Origin: Octopus bimaculoides
Lineage: Eukaryota
NCBI RefSeq assembly: GCF_001194135.2
Contig: NC_068990.1
Coordinates: 5,950,157 to 6,014,156, forward strand
DNA: 64,000 nt
Direction: 5' to 3'
This document shows, one piece after another, positions 38,864 through 52,559 of this stretch. The notes beneath the pieces were generated by a model, which saw only the letters and a list, made by a program, of their open reading frames with translations, made no database searches and was not told the DNA's origin. The position numbers and the translations under genes were made by a program. The stretch's first letter is position 1, and every line of letters starts with the position of its first letter.

Positions 38864-39659
38864 AATCGTTTTTTGTTTTTTTGTATTCTTTCATTTGTCT
38901 TGCCCTTTTACAGTCTGTTGTGTCGCTAAGTTTTTACTGAGATCATATTTTTTCGTGGTTAGATGATTCGGCATCTATTTCTAGCATATAGGAGTCCACT
39001 TTTGCTGGTCATTCCTCTTATTTTTGTATGTAATATATATATATATAAGTATATACATATATATATAAGTATATACATATATATATATTCATGTATGCAT
39101 ATATGTGTGTGTGTATGTGTGCATATGTATATCACTGTGTGTGTTTGTGTGTGTGTGTGTGCGTGCACGCGCTCCGTATGTATGTAGTAATTTTCTTTGC
39201 AAAGAAATACATAATGAATTTCGTCAACTTCATTGAAAGAAATTTTGAACCGATATTATGTTATAAACTATATTTCCTAAATCTTATTGTTATATTTCTT
39301 TATAAGAAGGAGAATAATTTGTGCACGAATATTATAAGACGTAGAAATATGATGCCATCATCATAATCGTCATCATCATCAACATCATCATCATTATTCT
39401 TGCCGTCGTCTTCGTCGTCTTAGACAGTATCATCATCATAACTCATCAAATACCTGAATAAGAATAGGGCATAAAAGATACGTGCCTTGAATAATGATGG
39501 TGAAGAAGAGGAGAAAGCGGTGAAAGAGAGGGAGAATGAGAGACGTGGAGAATAAAAATGATGCTAATAATTGCAATGATGACGATGAAGGCCGTGGTGC
39601 TAACGAATATGGTGATGACACTGATGATGATGATGATGATGATGATGATGACGACGAAG

Positions 39660-39757
39660 TTGATAAAATAAGTACCATTTGAATACTAGGATCACTGTAA
39701 TTGACTCAGCTCATCTCCCGAAATTGCTGGCCGTGTGCCAAAATTTGAAGCTATTTA

Positions 39758-39811
<54 letters not shown>

Positions 39812-40170
39812 GGCTGCGAGCTGGCAGAAGCGGTCAAATCCCGCTGAGGTCGACTTTGCCTTTTATCCTTTCGGGGTCGTTGAAATAAGTACCAGTTGAG
39901 TACTGAGGTTGATATAATCGACTGGCTCCCTCCCCCAAAAAAAGAAATTTCTGGTCATCATTATACGATGAGCTGGCAGAAGAGTTAGAACGCTGGACAA
40001 AATGCTTAGCGGCATTTCGCCCATCTTTACGATCTGAGTTCAAATTCCCCCGAGGTCGACTTTACCTTTCATCCTTCGAGGTCGATAAAATAAGCACCAG
40101 TTGAACACTGGGGTCGATGTAATTGACTAGCCCCTCCCTTAAAATTTCAGCCATTGTGCCTAAAGTGGAA
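39660..40170 (+). mobile_element. Cluster of three SINE-A units with (ATT)n spacers
   Basis: Family A 3' part at 39660, heads near 39810 and 39965. Confidence 0.85.
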
Positions 40171-40274
40171 AGGATCATTATTATTACCCAAAAAGGAGAG
40201 GGAGAGAGAGAAAGAATTTATCATGCACAAAAATGCTATAGATAGATAGATACATACATACATACATACATACA

Positions 40275-40308
<34 letters not shown>

Positions 40309-40488
40309 CATGTCCTCATCGCATACGCATTAATGTTTAAGATGACTCTATATACAGATACCTGTAAACTGATAATTACATATGAATCTGTATACATGAT
40401 GAAACTTATACATGTACCTATATATCATATACGTCTTTATAAGTCAACTTTATATATGAATATGTGTTTTGTGTCTGTACGTGTGTGT

Positions 40489-40534
<46 letters not shown>

Positions 40535-41689
40535 NNNNNNNNNNNNNNNNNNNNNNNNNNNNNNNNNNNNNNNNNNNNNNNNNNNNNNNNNNNNNNNNNN
40601 NNNNNNNNNNNNNNNNNNNNNNNNNNNNNNNNNNNNNNNNNNNNNNNNNNNNNNNNNNNNNNNNNNNNNNNNNNNNNNNNNNNNNNNNNNNNNNNNNNNN
40701 NNNNNNNNNNNNNNNNNNNNNNNNNNNNNNNNNNNNNNNNNNNNNNNNNNNNNNNNNNNNNNNNNNNNNNNNNNNNNNNNNNNNNNNNNNNNNNNNNNNN
40801 NNNNNNNNNNNNNNNNNNNNNNNNNNNNNNNNNNNNNNNNNNNNNNNNNNNNNNNNNNNNNNNNNNNNNNNNNNNNNNNNNNNNNNNNNNNNNNNNNNNN
40901 NNNNNNNNNNNNNNNNNNNNNNNNNNNNNNNNNNNNNNNNNNNNNNNNNNNNNNNNNNNNNNNNNNNNNNNNNNNNNNNNNNNNNNNNNNNNNNNNNNNN
41001 NNNNNNNNNNNNNNNNNNNNNNNNNNNNNNNNNNNNNNNNNNNNNNNNNNNNNNNNNNNNNNNNNNNNNNNNNNNNNNNNNNNNNNNTGTGTGTGTGTGT
41101 GTGTGCATATACCTTTCTCATTATTTCAGTTTATCTCAGTTTTCTTTTTAATTTTTCATATTTGGATTCCCTATAGAATTGCTATTCAAATGTTCAGGCA
41201 GTAAATTTGTATGCTAGTAATATTTTTCTATTTTCTCCGTAATCATTCTAATGCACTCCAAGTTATGTGACACGAATATATATTTCTTAACGCTCTTATT
41301 ACGAATCCTATAATTTGTCGCTTTTCTAAAATATTTATTCTCCTAGATTGTCAATTTTTCAGCAATCAACTTGTATTATAGTTAACATGACTCTTAAAGC
41401 CACTTACGTTATTCAAACTGTAAACTGTTGTTTTGCCTTCCTTGTTGTTATCATCGTGGCTATCGTAGTTGTCGTCGAAGTCTCCGTTGAGTATTCCCTA
41501 ATCACTCGTCACATTACAGAATCGATATTGTAATTTGGCTGCCTGAATACTTAGAAACCATCTTTAATTTCTGCACTTTTAGTTCTGTATTGATTACTGT
41601 AATGCAAATGTGTATCTTGTTTTAAAGTGGTGAATCAGGAGAATTCTTAGTGTCTGTGAAAATGTATTTCGGTACTTGTTCCAGTTCAA

Positions 41690-42020
41690 ATCTCGTGAAA
41701 TTCAACTTTGCTTTCCGTACTTTCCAAGTCGGATAAAATAAAATAACCGTCAAGTATTGAGATCGATATTAATCAACAAGCCTTTTCAACCAAAACTGAC
41801 CTAACATCGATTATCATTTAGAGTAGTAAGGCGGCGAGCTTGAAGAATTGTTAGCACTTCGTACAAAATGCCAAGTACATTTTATCAATACTTTTTATTT
41901 CGAATTCAAATACTGCCGAGATTAAATTTGCTTTTAATCCTTACAGAGCTCAAGTACAAGGGTTGATTTAATCGACTAAAACCTTCCCCTAACATTGATG
42001 GGCTTGTGCCATAATTTTAA
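41690..42020 (+). mobile_element. Two degenerate SINE-A copies
   Basis: gttcaaatctcgtgaaattcaactttgc... and aaggcggcgagcttgaagaattgttagcac... Confidence 0.7.
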
Positions 42021-42044
42021 ACCATTGGGCAAGTATCTTCTTTC

Positions 42045-42173
42045 TAACCACGCCAAGGAGGTTATGTTTTTGCCGGCGTTGGTTTGGGAAATTGGGCGAT
42101 TTTCAACATGCGTATATATGGGTGGAAATGAGGTGGTCGGCGGAGATCTGCGCTCTCTGAGTGCTTTTCTAGT
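42045..42173 (+). mobile_element. Non-autonomous Helentron/HINE-like element
   Basis: Subterminal IRs ACCACGCCAA / TCGGCGGAGAT, GGAGGTTATGTTTTTG, 3' hairpin GCGCTC-TCT-GAGTGC, ends CTAGT(T). Confidence 0.7.
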
Positions 42174-43513
42174 TTGACAAGTGAAAAGTTTACAGATTTT
42201 TGTATTCATTTACTAAAAACCTTGAAATTCCCGTACTCAGTAGAAACGAATATGATGTTAGTTACATCAATCCTAATTTTGGAATTCATCTCGGATTTTG
42301 CAGCCATCTGTATTCTACGGTAAATTTATTTTGAGTATTACTTTCATAAGAGTTAGTAGAATTTCATGGCCTTGTTCAATTTATTATTCATGTTATTGTT
42401 ACGTCTTTTAAGTAACATAAAACTTATTTTCTGATATACTTTAAGTCCAATTAGATATCACCTATGATAGTCTAATATAAGATGGACCGCGGTATAAAGC
42501 TCATCACATATAACTGAATCAGTGCTGAAGGTGCATTTCTCAAAACAAAATAAACTGGGCCGACTGATCAGTGATCTAAAGCTAAATCATATAACAGCTC
42601 TCCTGTCCTTTCTTCAGTCCCAATCACCTGCTTTCATTTATCATGCAGAGCTTCTGACTCTTACAACTACAAGCTGTATTTATCTATTATATATATTTAC
42701 AGTTAAGTGTACTAAGCCAGCTAGTGTTAAACATTTCGACCTTGCAAACAGCTCTCTGTTAACCATAGATTCTGAATGAATCATGGACGTTTCAAACAAA
42801 ACAATATAGTTTACACTATCGATTTAGCAAGCTGTAACACTTACGAATTGTTTATAGAAGAGAACTGATTTAGCAAGTTGGTAATTAGCCAAGCTTAATT
42901 GAAGATAAATTAGAGATGATGAAAGGATGGCTATGTTGTGTAAGAAAATTATTTAAAAATAAAAAAAAAACAACTACATAACGATATTATAATGAATATA
43001 AAATGACTATGGTTCACAATGTTACTAAGAATCAGGTTTCATGTAATGATTTCCAAAGCAAATATATTAACGAAGGAACAAACATTGAGACAAGTGTTTT
43101 TGATCGAGGCCAAATCTGAAAACAGGGTAAATAACATAATGAACTCGAGTAAAGTAAATCATTACACATTCGACAAGACTCGAGATTATATTGTCTATTC
43201 ATTAATTAATTTACTTCTTTATTTCATTATTAATCTATTAGTTTTTTTTTTTTTCTTTGTAACCTCTCGTGGAACTGAAATCACCAAGGAGTGGGTTTTG
43301 CTCCGAACAGACTTGATATGTGAGTTAATAAGTTTGGGAAACATATGAATAACTCAACCTTCTAGCTTTCAGTTCATTCCATGTAAATGCAGATGGATGA
43401 CTGAATGAACGGTTTGCATATTAAATATTTATAATAACGAGGGAGAGACAGAGGCATTCGAAGTTGTGTATGTATGTATGTATGTATGTATGTATGTATG
43501 TATGTATGTATGT

Positions 43514-43772
43514 TATCAATCAGTTTCATTTCTGTATTTCTTGTCCATAGAGAAAGAGCCGGACTCTAACATAGATTCAAGGCTCCTTCATTGGAACTTT
43601 TATCAACATCATCTAGGTATCTGTGCATATGTGTGTGTGTGCAGTATTTGGTGTTAGTGTATGCGCAGATTTGTATGTTTGTTTTATGGATGCGTTTTTA
43701 TGTCTAGATGCATGCATATGTATTTATGTGCTAAATTTTTGGAAAGTTTTACATATCTTTACAGTTCCATTG
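43514..43772 (-). mobile_element. R4/Dong LINE 3'-end fragment
   Basis: GTVKICKTFQKF plus 3' UTR homologous to 18691-18960; (TATG)n on both sides. Confidence 0.85.
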
Positions 43773-44294
43773 ATGTATGTATGTATGTATGTATGTATGT
43801 ATGTATGTATGTATGTATGTATGTACGTGTATGTGTGTCTCTATGTATGTAGGCATGTATGTATGTATGAATACGTATACGGGTATAGTTATACATATAT
43901 ATATTATTTTGTTGTGTAGGCACCGATACCTTTAACCCCGGGCAAAGATCCCATAGACCAATTTACAGTATGTTATTTTTAGAGAATCTTTTATAGGTTC
44001 TTAAAATCTGGGTTGATAGACGTTTTGAGTATGAAGTCGATTGCATTGAGAATAAAACGTTCAGTTTTCTTTTTATTATATATACGCACACTCACAAACA
44101 TGCATAGGCATATATTTATGCATACATAAAGTGTGTGTGTGCATGTGAATGAGCGTTTGTGTGTGTGTGTGTGTGTGCATGTGAATGAGCGTTTGTGTGT
44201 GTGCGTGTGTATTGTTTGTTTTATGTCGAGTTATAATAAAAACAACTTTAAACTGAAGGAATACTTGTATGTATGTATATATATATATATATAT

Positions 44295-44418
44295 ATAAGC
44301 CTACTACTTATTTTATCAGAAGGTTTTGCCGAATCGCTAAGTTACGGGAACGTAAACGCACCACCATCGGTTGTCAAGCGATGTTGGGGAGGGGACAAAC
44401 ACACACAAACATATATAT

Positions 44419-44488
<70 letters not shown>

Positions 44489-44645
44489 GACGGGCTTCTT
44501 TCAGTTTCCTCGACCAAATCCACTCACAAGGTTTTGGTCGGCGCAAGGCTATAGCAAAAGACACTTGCCCAAGATACCATGCATTGGGACTGAAACCGAA
44601 ACCGCGTGGTTGGTAGGCATGCTACTTACCAAACAGCCACTCCTG
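44295..44645 (-). mobile_element. SINE family B with internal (TA)n
   Basis: Head GGAGTGGCTGTTTGGTAAG and family B body. Confidence 0.9.
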
Positions 44646-46849
44646 CGCCTATGTACATAAGCATTGAAAACGCATCTTGCAGATATAACGATATTCAGTA
44701 TATTGCATGCTCAGCATTTCAAAAGCTATGATCAAATTATGCAGGCCATCAAAAGGAACTAAACTCAATAACGCCGCGGATGAACAAAATATTGACCAAA
44801 TTTCTTTAATTTTTTTTGCTTATTTCAGTGATTGTTGTATCATTTAGCTCCATGTCATACCTGATCCAGAAAATGCACTCCAATTGTAACCAACTCATTT
44901 TTTTTTTTATAACATTACATCTTGAACGAACTTAAATTATATGTCTTCCAACCGTATCATATGATTTCAGGGAGATTTGGCTACTATTATTAGAAAGTCA
45001 AGCGACGAAATAGAGTATCTTCACTCGAGTTTACAGATGATGTTTAACCCTTCATCGGCCCTAACTGAAAGATTTTTTATCAAAGGCATTCCAATCGAGA
45101 CCTTCCCCCTTATTTTTTAATGCTCATTGTAGCCTTGACTACGTTATGTAATGTGTTCTTCCTTTCATTTTAATAAACTTCAATGTAATTTGAAAGAGGC
45201 TTCTCCGCTATTTTAGTAGTCCGTGCCAATCGCGTAGAGGCTTCCTTGTTTTTCTCTCCGCAGTCTATAAAACAGCAACTACCTATTTACCACTTAACAA
45301 AATGGGTCACTGAACGCTACATCCCTGAACCATATGTACGTTGTAGCGTTAGCAACAAGACACCATCAACAGACACTTCAGAGAGAAATATGGATCGTTA
45401 TCAATTCATAGAATTCTTCCTCTCCATTTCAACTGCAATATCATAACTAAAAATAATTTATTAATGGTTCAAGACATCAGGAAATTTTCTTTTTGACAAG
45501 GATAGAGAAAAAAACAAGCTGCGCTAAAGGTCTTGTCTGAGAAATTAATACATTCCCAGCAGCATGTAACAAACACTTGAATCTTGACCCAGCCTGAACT
45601 ATTAATATTTTATTAAATCGGGCATTTTATTTCTGAAATCAATACAAATAATAAATATCTAAATTGAAATTGGGCGTTGCCTCACTGAAATGACAAACGT
45701 GCAATCGTAATTTGACATTTTATTTTATTTATTTTTTTATGCATTCATAGAGATTCGAAAAACTGCTGGTGCAATAAAAAATGTAGCTAATCCTGGAGAA
45801 ACGCTGTGTAACTGAATCCCGCACCTATTTTTGAATGTTTTTGGTGTAATTACCACTGTGATACGCCGCCTCGACGAATTCAAGTTGCCATTTTGAAAAC
45901 GTTTATATCTCCACCAACAACCGTTTGGTGGTAATAGTGTGTTGTTATTTATCATCAAATTAGTTTTCGTCGAGTAAACATATAAACAGAGCTCTACTAG
46001 TCATAATTTTCCAGATTTTTTCCAAAGCACATTGTACCTATATACACACCCATAGTATGCTAGCCCTTTCTAACAAAGCAGGCTGCGATTTGAGTGAGAT
46101 TTAGCGACTATCTCTTGCAGGCCGAGCAAATGAAAGTTCACATATTGATAAGATAAATTCATCCATTACTGCAGAGGGAAAATAACTTCCAGGCAAAACT
46201 CGGGTCTGAGTGAAAGAGAGCAATGCCAAGAGAAGAGTGTGAGAGAGAGAGAGGGAGAGACAGAGCGGGTGGGGAGCAAATCATCCCAAATTTTTATATC
46301 ATTCGTGTCCCGTTTATTATTGCACTAGTTCTCTATTACAAGTTGTGTATATTAACTTCCAAATCTCTATATAGTAGGATATATCTGAGAAATATATATA
46401 TATATATACAGATATATNNNNNNNNNNATATATATGCGTATGTGTGTGTATAAATGTATGTATACACACACATAAACACACACACACACACACAATCCTT
46501 TCTTTGAGCTTTCAACCTATGATCAGATGGTTAGGTCACTGTCATGATAAACAATGTGACTTGGGTATTTTATAACAATAACATAATTTTATTTTATATA
46601 AATTCCACAATTAAATTTGTTGATTGCTGGCTTAAGGTTGAACAGTTACTGTATTACAGTCAACAAATAAGATTGCACAGTAAATTAAAGTTACTTTGTT
46701 TCTATTGCTGTATTTTTTATTGAGCTGTCGTTTCTAAAATGAGTTTATTAAAATCATGCTGTTCTTTCATTACAGCATGAAGGGAATCATTCTTTCTAGA
46801 TTGTGGGGTTTCTGTTGTTATGTCATGTTTAATTACAGACGCGATTGAA

Positions 46850-47650
46850 ATATTATTTCAACCTGATCTGTTCAAATGCTTCAGAAAATACAAATATCGA
46901 CAATATTTATATAGAATTATGCATAGAATATTTATTAAACCTATCTCAAACTCCTCCTGTTTTTTTTAGTTTAGTCAGTGTTTTATGTTGTGCCTTGGTT
47001 AAGTTTGGAGTCATTTTCGATTCCTTCCTTAAGATGTTGGAGACAGACTGTTTCAATCTGGATAGTTGGTGGTTGAGTTCTTGGTTGGTTAGAGTGGGTG
47101 GAGTGGGTTGTCTAGTTGGTACGTGAGAAATTTGCCGAGTGTGCTGTTGTTCTTCTTCTTTATCACCGATAGCCATTTGAGTTGGTAGGCTGTTCGACAA
47201 AAGTTGGCTTCCAGGTCGAATAAGAATTTTTCATTCGGCTGTTGGCTCAAGATAAATTTAGGGCCCAGACTGGGAAGTTCTAGTTCTTCATGTGAGAGTG
47301 ACCCACTCAAGTCTGTGACTAGGTAGGGATTTCGTTGCTGATGGTGTGCTGGCGTCCTCGGTGTTAGTGTTATCGCGTTCGGTGGACGTGTCCTGTTCAT
47401 TTGTGTCGGTGTAAAAGGTTGAGTTGTGTCGGTATTCGATACAAAGCCACTGGAATTGAAGTTTGAGGCGATTCTTCTCTTGGTCAACGCAGTGGTGGTA
47501 GCATCGGTCAATAGCTGCGGTTGTTCTTCGGTATGTATGTTCAATGGCTGATGTGATGCTGGATATCATTTCAGAGAATTTGCGTATGTGTTCATGTAGT
47601 TGTTGGTGTAGATGGCGCAATTTGAGTTTTTTCTTATTCTCAGTAGCCAA
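46850..47650 (-). mobile_element. Penelope-like element, N-terminal ORF fragment
   Basis: VTDLSGSLSHEELELPSLGPKF and PNLTKAQHKTLTKLKK resemble PLE pre-RT motifs (LSLGPKF; NLT..E..AL..LK); frameshifted. Confidence 0.7.
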
Positions 47651-47676
47651 ACTATATTGCTATAAGCAGTTAAATC

Positions 47677-47730
<54 letters not shown>

Positions 47731-47732
<2 letters not shown>

Positions 47733-48020
47733 CTGTATTTAATCATTTAAATTCTTCATTTGAAAGAGCTGGTTTCTAAGAAAGATACAAAGCTCCATCT
47801 TAGATAACAAAAACAATGTCACATCTTAAATGTGAGAAAGGTCTTGCATATTTTTACTGTTCCGCTTACAGACTGTATTTGTAAGGTGCGAATCAGTTGG
47901 TCGGTTTCTTTTTCTGAAAATCCAAGCTTATCTAGAATGAAAGTTAGCCATTTACTTACAAAACCAAGCGCTCCAACTATTATTGGTATGAATGTAAATT
48001 TGTTTTTATCTACAAGATAA
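47731..48020 (-). mobile_element. R4/Dong LINE 3' fragment, second subfamily
   Basis: KFTFIPIIVGALGFV...LQIQSVSGTVKICKTFLTF; different 3' UTR; 3' end abuts (CA)n. Confidence 0.8.
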
Positions 48021-49155
48021 AAAAAATGATCGAAAGATAGCAACAGGAAGTCACCTTTGCACTCTCCCATTTAAATCCAATGACTAACACTGTATGTATG
48101 TCAACAAAGTTTACAATCGTTATTTGTTGATTTTATAAAGGGGAAAAATGACGGAGCATATGATTATATATTGTTTTCAACTGGGGTCTGAAAGAGGAAA
48201 GAACTCATAGAAACGTATATTCTAATACGGGTGTAACCATGTAAATATGAATTAAGTGGGGAGTCGAATATTACAATTCCAATCATTATAGAAGTGTAGA
48301 TCCGCCACGTAAAGGATATTGATTTATTCATGCGATCTGGAATAGCGGGAGTAGCGGTTAAGAAAATGGAACGGGTGTGTGTGTTAGATGGCTCTAGCTA
48401 TCTGCGGGTATGCAGATAGCTAGTTTAAAATAAACAGAGACCATTAGAGTAACGCGAGATAAAATTGAGAGAAAACTGTTCGCGTCGTAATTTATAGCTG
48501 TTGCGTGTTGTTGAGAAAATATTTTCATGCTTGTAGCGTGTGGGTATAGAAATACTTGCCGATAATCTCTGCTCAAACTTAAATCGCTTGTCAGGCTTAG
48601 TCTCCACGAAGTGTATCAAAAGTAATTTTGCCAGACAGAGCTAATCTTTCTTCACACTATTAGTTATCTCTTGTGTACGACTATTAAGAGAAGTGAAACG
48701 ATTGATCAGACAATTCAGCTACTATTGCAGACAAGACATTGCCCACCTCCACATCACTCCACGGTGCTAAATTTAATTGATATATAGCATAATATGCTTT
48801 CTTTTTTCTTTTTCCACACTGTATAGACAGAAACTCCCATCTTACACGTGAAATATTTATACCACCAATTTTATTTAAAATTACGTCTTATATCTCCTAA
48901 GTTATTTATTTTTTATATGATCAATAGTATTTAAGTTTATTTACAGATATATTATAACAGCAATATAACATAATAAAACGAGAAGTACCCAAATTCAAAG
49001 AGCACCTAAAAACTAGTTGTCGTCTCTAAATCGCAACAAATTCATCGTTATAAAATACATTTCTTGAGAGAAAACAGGTCCATTTTCAACTCAAAATGGT
49101 TCTACTAAAAAGTAAATAAAATAAAACAGAAAGTGCGTCCGCGTAACCAGAAAAT

Positions 49156-49535
49156 GTTGGCACTCCATCGGTTACGACGACGAGGATTCCAGTTGATCCG
49201 ATCAACAGAACAGCCTGCTCGTGAAATTAACGTGCAAGTGGCTGAGCACTCCACAGACACGTGTACCTTTAACGTAGTTCTCGGGGATATTCAGCGTGAC
49301 ACAGTGTGACAAGGCTGGCCCTTTGAATTACAGGTACAACAGAAACAGGAAGAAAGAGTGAGAGAAAGTTGTGGTGAAAGAGTACAGCAGGGTTCGCCAC
49401 AAACCCCCTGCCGGAGCCTCGTGGAGCTTTAAGTGTTTTCGCTCAGTAAACACTCACAACGCCCGGTCTGGGAATCGAAACCGCGATCCTACGACCGCGA
49501 GTCCGCTGCCCTAACCACTGGGCCATTGTGCCTCC
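49156..49535 (-). mobile_element. SINE family C, full length
   Basis: Reverse complement of family C; TSD-like AACCAGAAAAT (49145-49155) / AACCAGCAAAT (49538-49548). Confidence 0.9.
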
Positions 49536-49891
49536 ACAACCAGCAAATAGGCGGTTGATATTTAGAATTAGTTAAGAGAAAATGTTGCGATATGAGTATT
49601 TTCCAAACAATAAAAACAACAGAAAAATCGTAGAAATCAATAACACACTAAGATGTAGCTTAGATATTCCAGAATGCAAACAACTGGAATGCACCCAGAA
49701 AGGACAATGTCCTGAATTTTTGATTAAAATATCTAATAATTACCAAATGAAGTACTTTCAAATATTTGACAATTTAATGAAAAAAGCCCGAATAGTCTAC
49801 AGATGGGGAATCGATCCTCAAGATTGACGAAACAGAAAACACCAGAATTACAGATCTATAACTTGTACATACGATATACAAAGCATTATAA

Positions 49892-50515
49892 GGCGACGAG
49901 CCGGCAGAAACGTTGGCACGCCGGGCGAAATGCATAGCGGTATTTTATCTGTCTTTACGTTCTGAGTTCAAATTCCGCCGAGGTCGACTTTACCATTCAT
50001 CCCTGCGGGGTCGATAAATTAAGTACCAGTTACGCACTGGGGTCGATGTAATGGACTTAATCCGTTCGTCTGTTCTTGTTTGTTCCCTCTATGTTTAGCC
50101 CCTTGTGGGCAATAACGAAATAGGTATTTTATCTGCCTTTACGTTCTGAGTTCAAATTCCGCCGAGGTCGACTTTACCATTCATCCCTTCGGGGTCGATA
50201 ACTTAAGTACCAGTTGCGTATTGAGTCGATCTAATTGATTGGCCCCTCTCCCCAAAAATTTCGGACCTTGTGCCTGGAGTTGAAAAGAATATTAAAGGCG
50301 GTGAGCTGGCAGAAACGTTAGCACGCCGGGCGAAATTCTTAGCAGTATTTCGTCTGTCTGTACCTTCTGAATTCAAATTCCGCCGAGGTCGGCTTTGCCT
50401 TTCATCCCTTTGGAGTCGATAAATTAAGCACCAGTTGCGTACTGGGTCGAGTTAATCGACTACTCCCCCCCCCAAAAAAAAAATTTCGGGCTTGTACCTT
50501 GAGTAGAAAAGAATG
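49892..50515 (+). mobile_element. SINE-A trimer within one 15-bp TSD
   Basis: TACAAAGCATTATAA at 49877-49891 and 50516-50530. Confidence 0.9.
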
Positions 50516-50918
50516 TACAAAGCATTATAACATTATCAACCTTATTATTGCAAAGGTTATTATATATGCCACCTTGAGAAAATTAACTGACATGGAAAAA
50601 AAAAACATGTAGTTCTAGAAGTTATAAGAGAATTGTACCGCATAAGTTTCATGTGGCTATAAGGGAAACTAACTATAACTAAGGTCTGTACAAGTAATAG
50701 GAAGGATGCAAGAATTCGATTGGTTTCATTATCAGAAGAGTTTTGAAGATGTTCCTTGATAGAGGTTTCTGAAAGCATCATCCGTGAGCACGGCTACATC
50801 ATAGTTAACTGCGTATGTGAAGTAAAAACATAATTTTACAGATCGAAACGAAAGAGTTAACATTTAAAAAAATCCCCAAACCGATAAGTAATTGATAAGC
50901 TCTTTTTTCCTTTCTTTA

Positions 50919-50967
<49 letters not shown>

Positions 50968-52061
50968 CACACACACTATCTCTCTCCATTTGGTATCTTT
51001 CTGATGCTAATATCTGTAACCACCATATTAAAAGATTAATTACAGATAAACCTACTGTGGGATGATAGTCAAACATCTTTATTTTGAAACATTACTATGT
51101 TGTAAGTCGCATATGGAAACGTCAGGAAATCTTGTTTCATACGTTGTACATATTCACTTGGGAAATAAGTTTGAACATGGATTGGAAAAAGGCGTCCAAG
51201 AAACCTCCAGGAGAGGAAAAGTGATAAACACCAATATCACATTAGATAAGAAATAACGTTTGGGCAATTAGATTAAAGACAGACAAATACTTCCCAAACT
51301 AATGAATTAGATAATTTACAAAACACACGAAAGAAAGAAATATTCGGAAGGAATTTATGGACACATTAGATCAATACTAAAATTAAGGTAATATGTATCA
51401 ATGCTCTTATGGCTCTAGTAATAACTAATCAGAGATAAAATTCTCTATAGGCAGCCAAGTGAGAATAAACGAGACTAGATACATGAACAAAGAAAATAAT
51501 AACTACTGAGAAATATCAATAACCATGAAGACAGGGAGATAGGGATCTTCCATTAACTAATAAACAGTTATAAAATATCTACAGAAGGACTATAAAAATA
51601 GATAGCAAAGAATATAATACAAATGTCTACTTAACATGAACGAAACAATTCTGAGAAACTGTTTGTTTTTTATAGATGTAGAAATGACAGTTGACGTTCA
51701 AATCATGTGGTTGGGAGTCTAATCGTAATGCGAGGCACCATGAAAAGTGTCCTTTACCATGGCTGGACGCCGACCATGCATTGGGTGAAATGATAGACAG
51801 ACACTGTGCAAAATCCTCTAATATGCGTGTGTGTGTGAAACAGAATACACGTAAATGTGTTTGTGTTTGTGTGTATGTGTGTACTGATTTATATTCTGTT
51901 ATTACAAGCTGAGAGAATTCCAATTTATGGCAATACCCCGATACTTGAAGTTTCGCGGAAATATTTATTTAGATGATAGCTCAAGCAAATCTTATTAAAG
52001 CCATCATTATAAACAAATATATGCAAATATGGATGATTAAACATAAATATTTCCATACATG

Positions 52062-52125
<64 letters not shown>

Positions 52126-52559
52126 NNNNNNNNNNNNNNNNNNNNNNNNNNNNNNNNNNNNNNNNNNNNNNNNNNNNNNNNNNNNNNNNNNNNNNNNNNN
52201 NNNNNNNNNNNNNNNNNNNNNNNNNNNNNNNNNNNNNNNNNNNNNNNNNNNNNNNNNNNNNNNNNNNNNNNNNNNNNNNNNNNNNNNNNNNNNNNNNNNN
52301 NNNNNNNNNNNNNNNNNNNNNNNNNNNNNNNNNNNNNNNNNNNNNNNNNNNNNNNNNNNNNNNNNNNNNNNNNNNNNNNNNNNNNNNNNNNNNNNNNNNN
52401 NNNNNNNNNNNNNNNNNNNNNNNNNNNNNNNNNNNNNNNNNNNNNNNNNNNNNNNNNNNNNNNNNNNNNNNNNNNNNNNNNNNNNNNNNNNNNNNNNNNN
52501 NNNNNNNNNNNNNNNNNNNNNNNNNNNNNNNNNNNNNNNNNNNNNNNNNNNNNNNNNNN

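Larger units (their letters stand above)
38070..39036 (+). mobile_element. 518-bp tandem repeat (~1.9 units), one hammerhead per unit: Penelope pLTR pair or non-LTR retrozyme
   Basis: Unit starts at 38070 and 38588; high identity; second unit runs into (TA)n. Confidence 0.85.
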
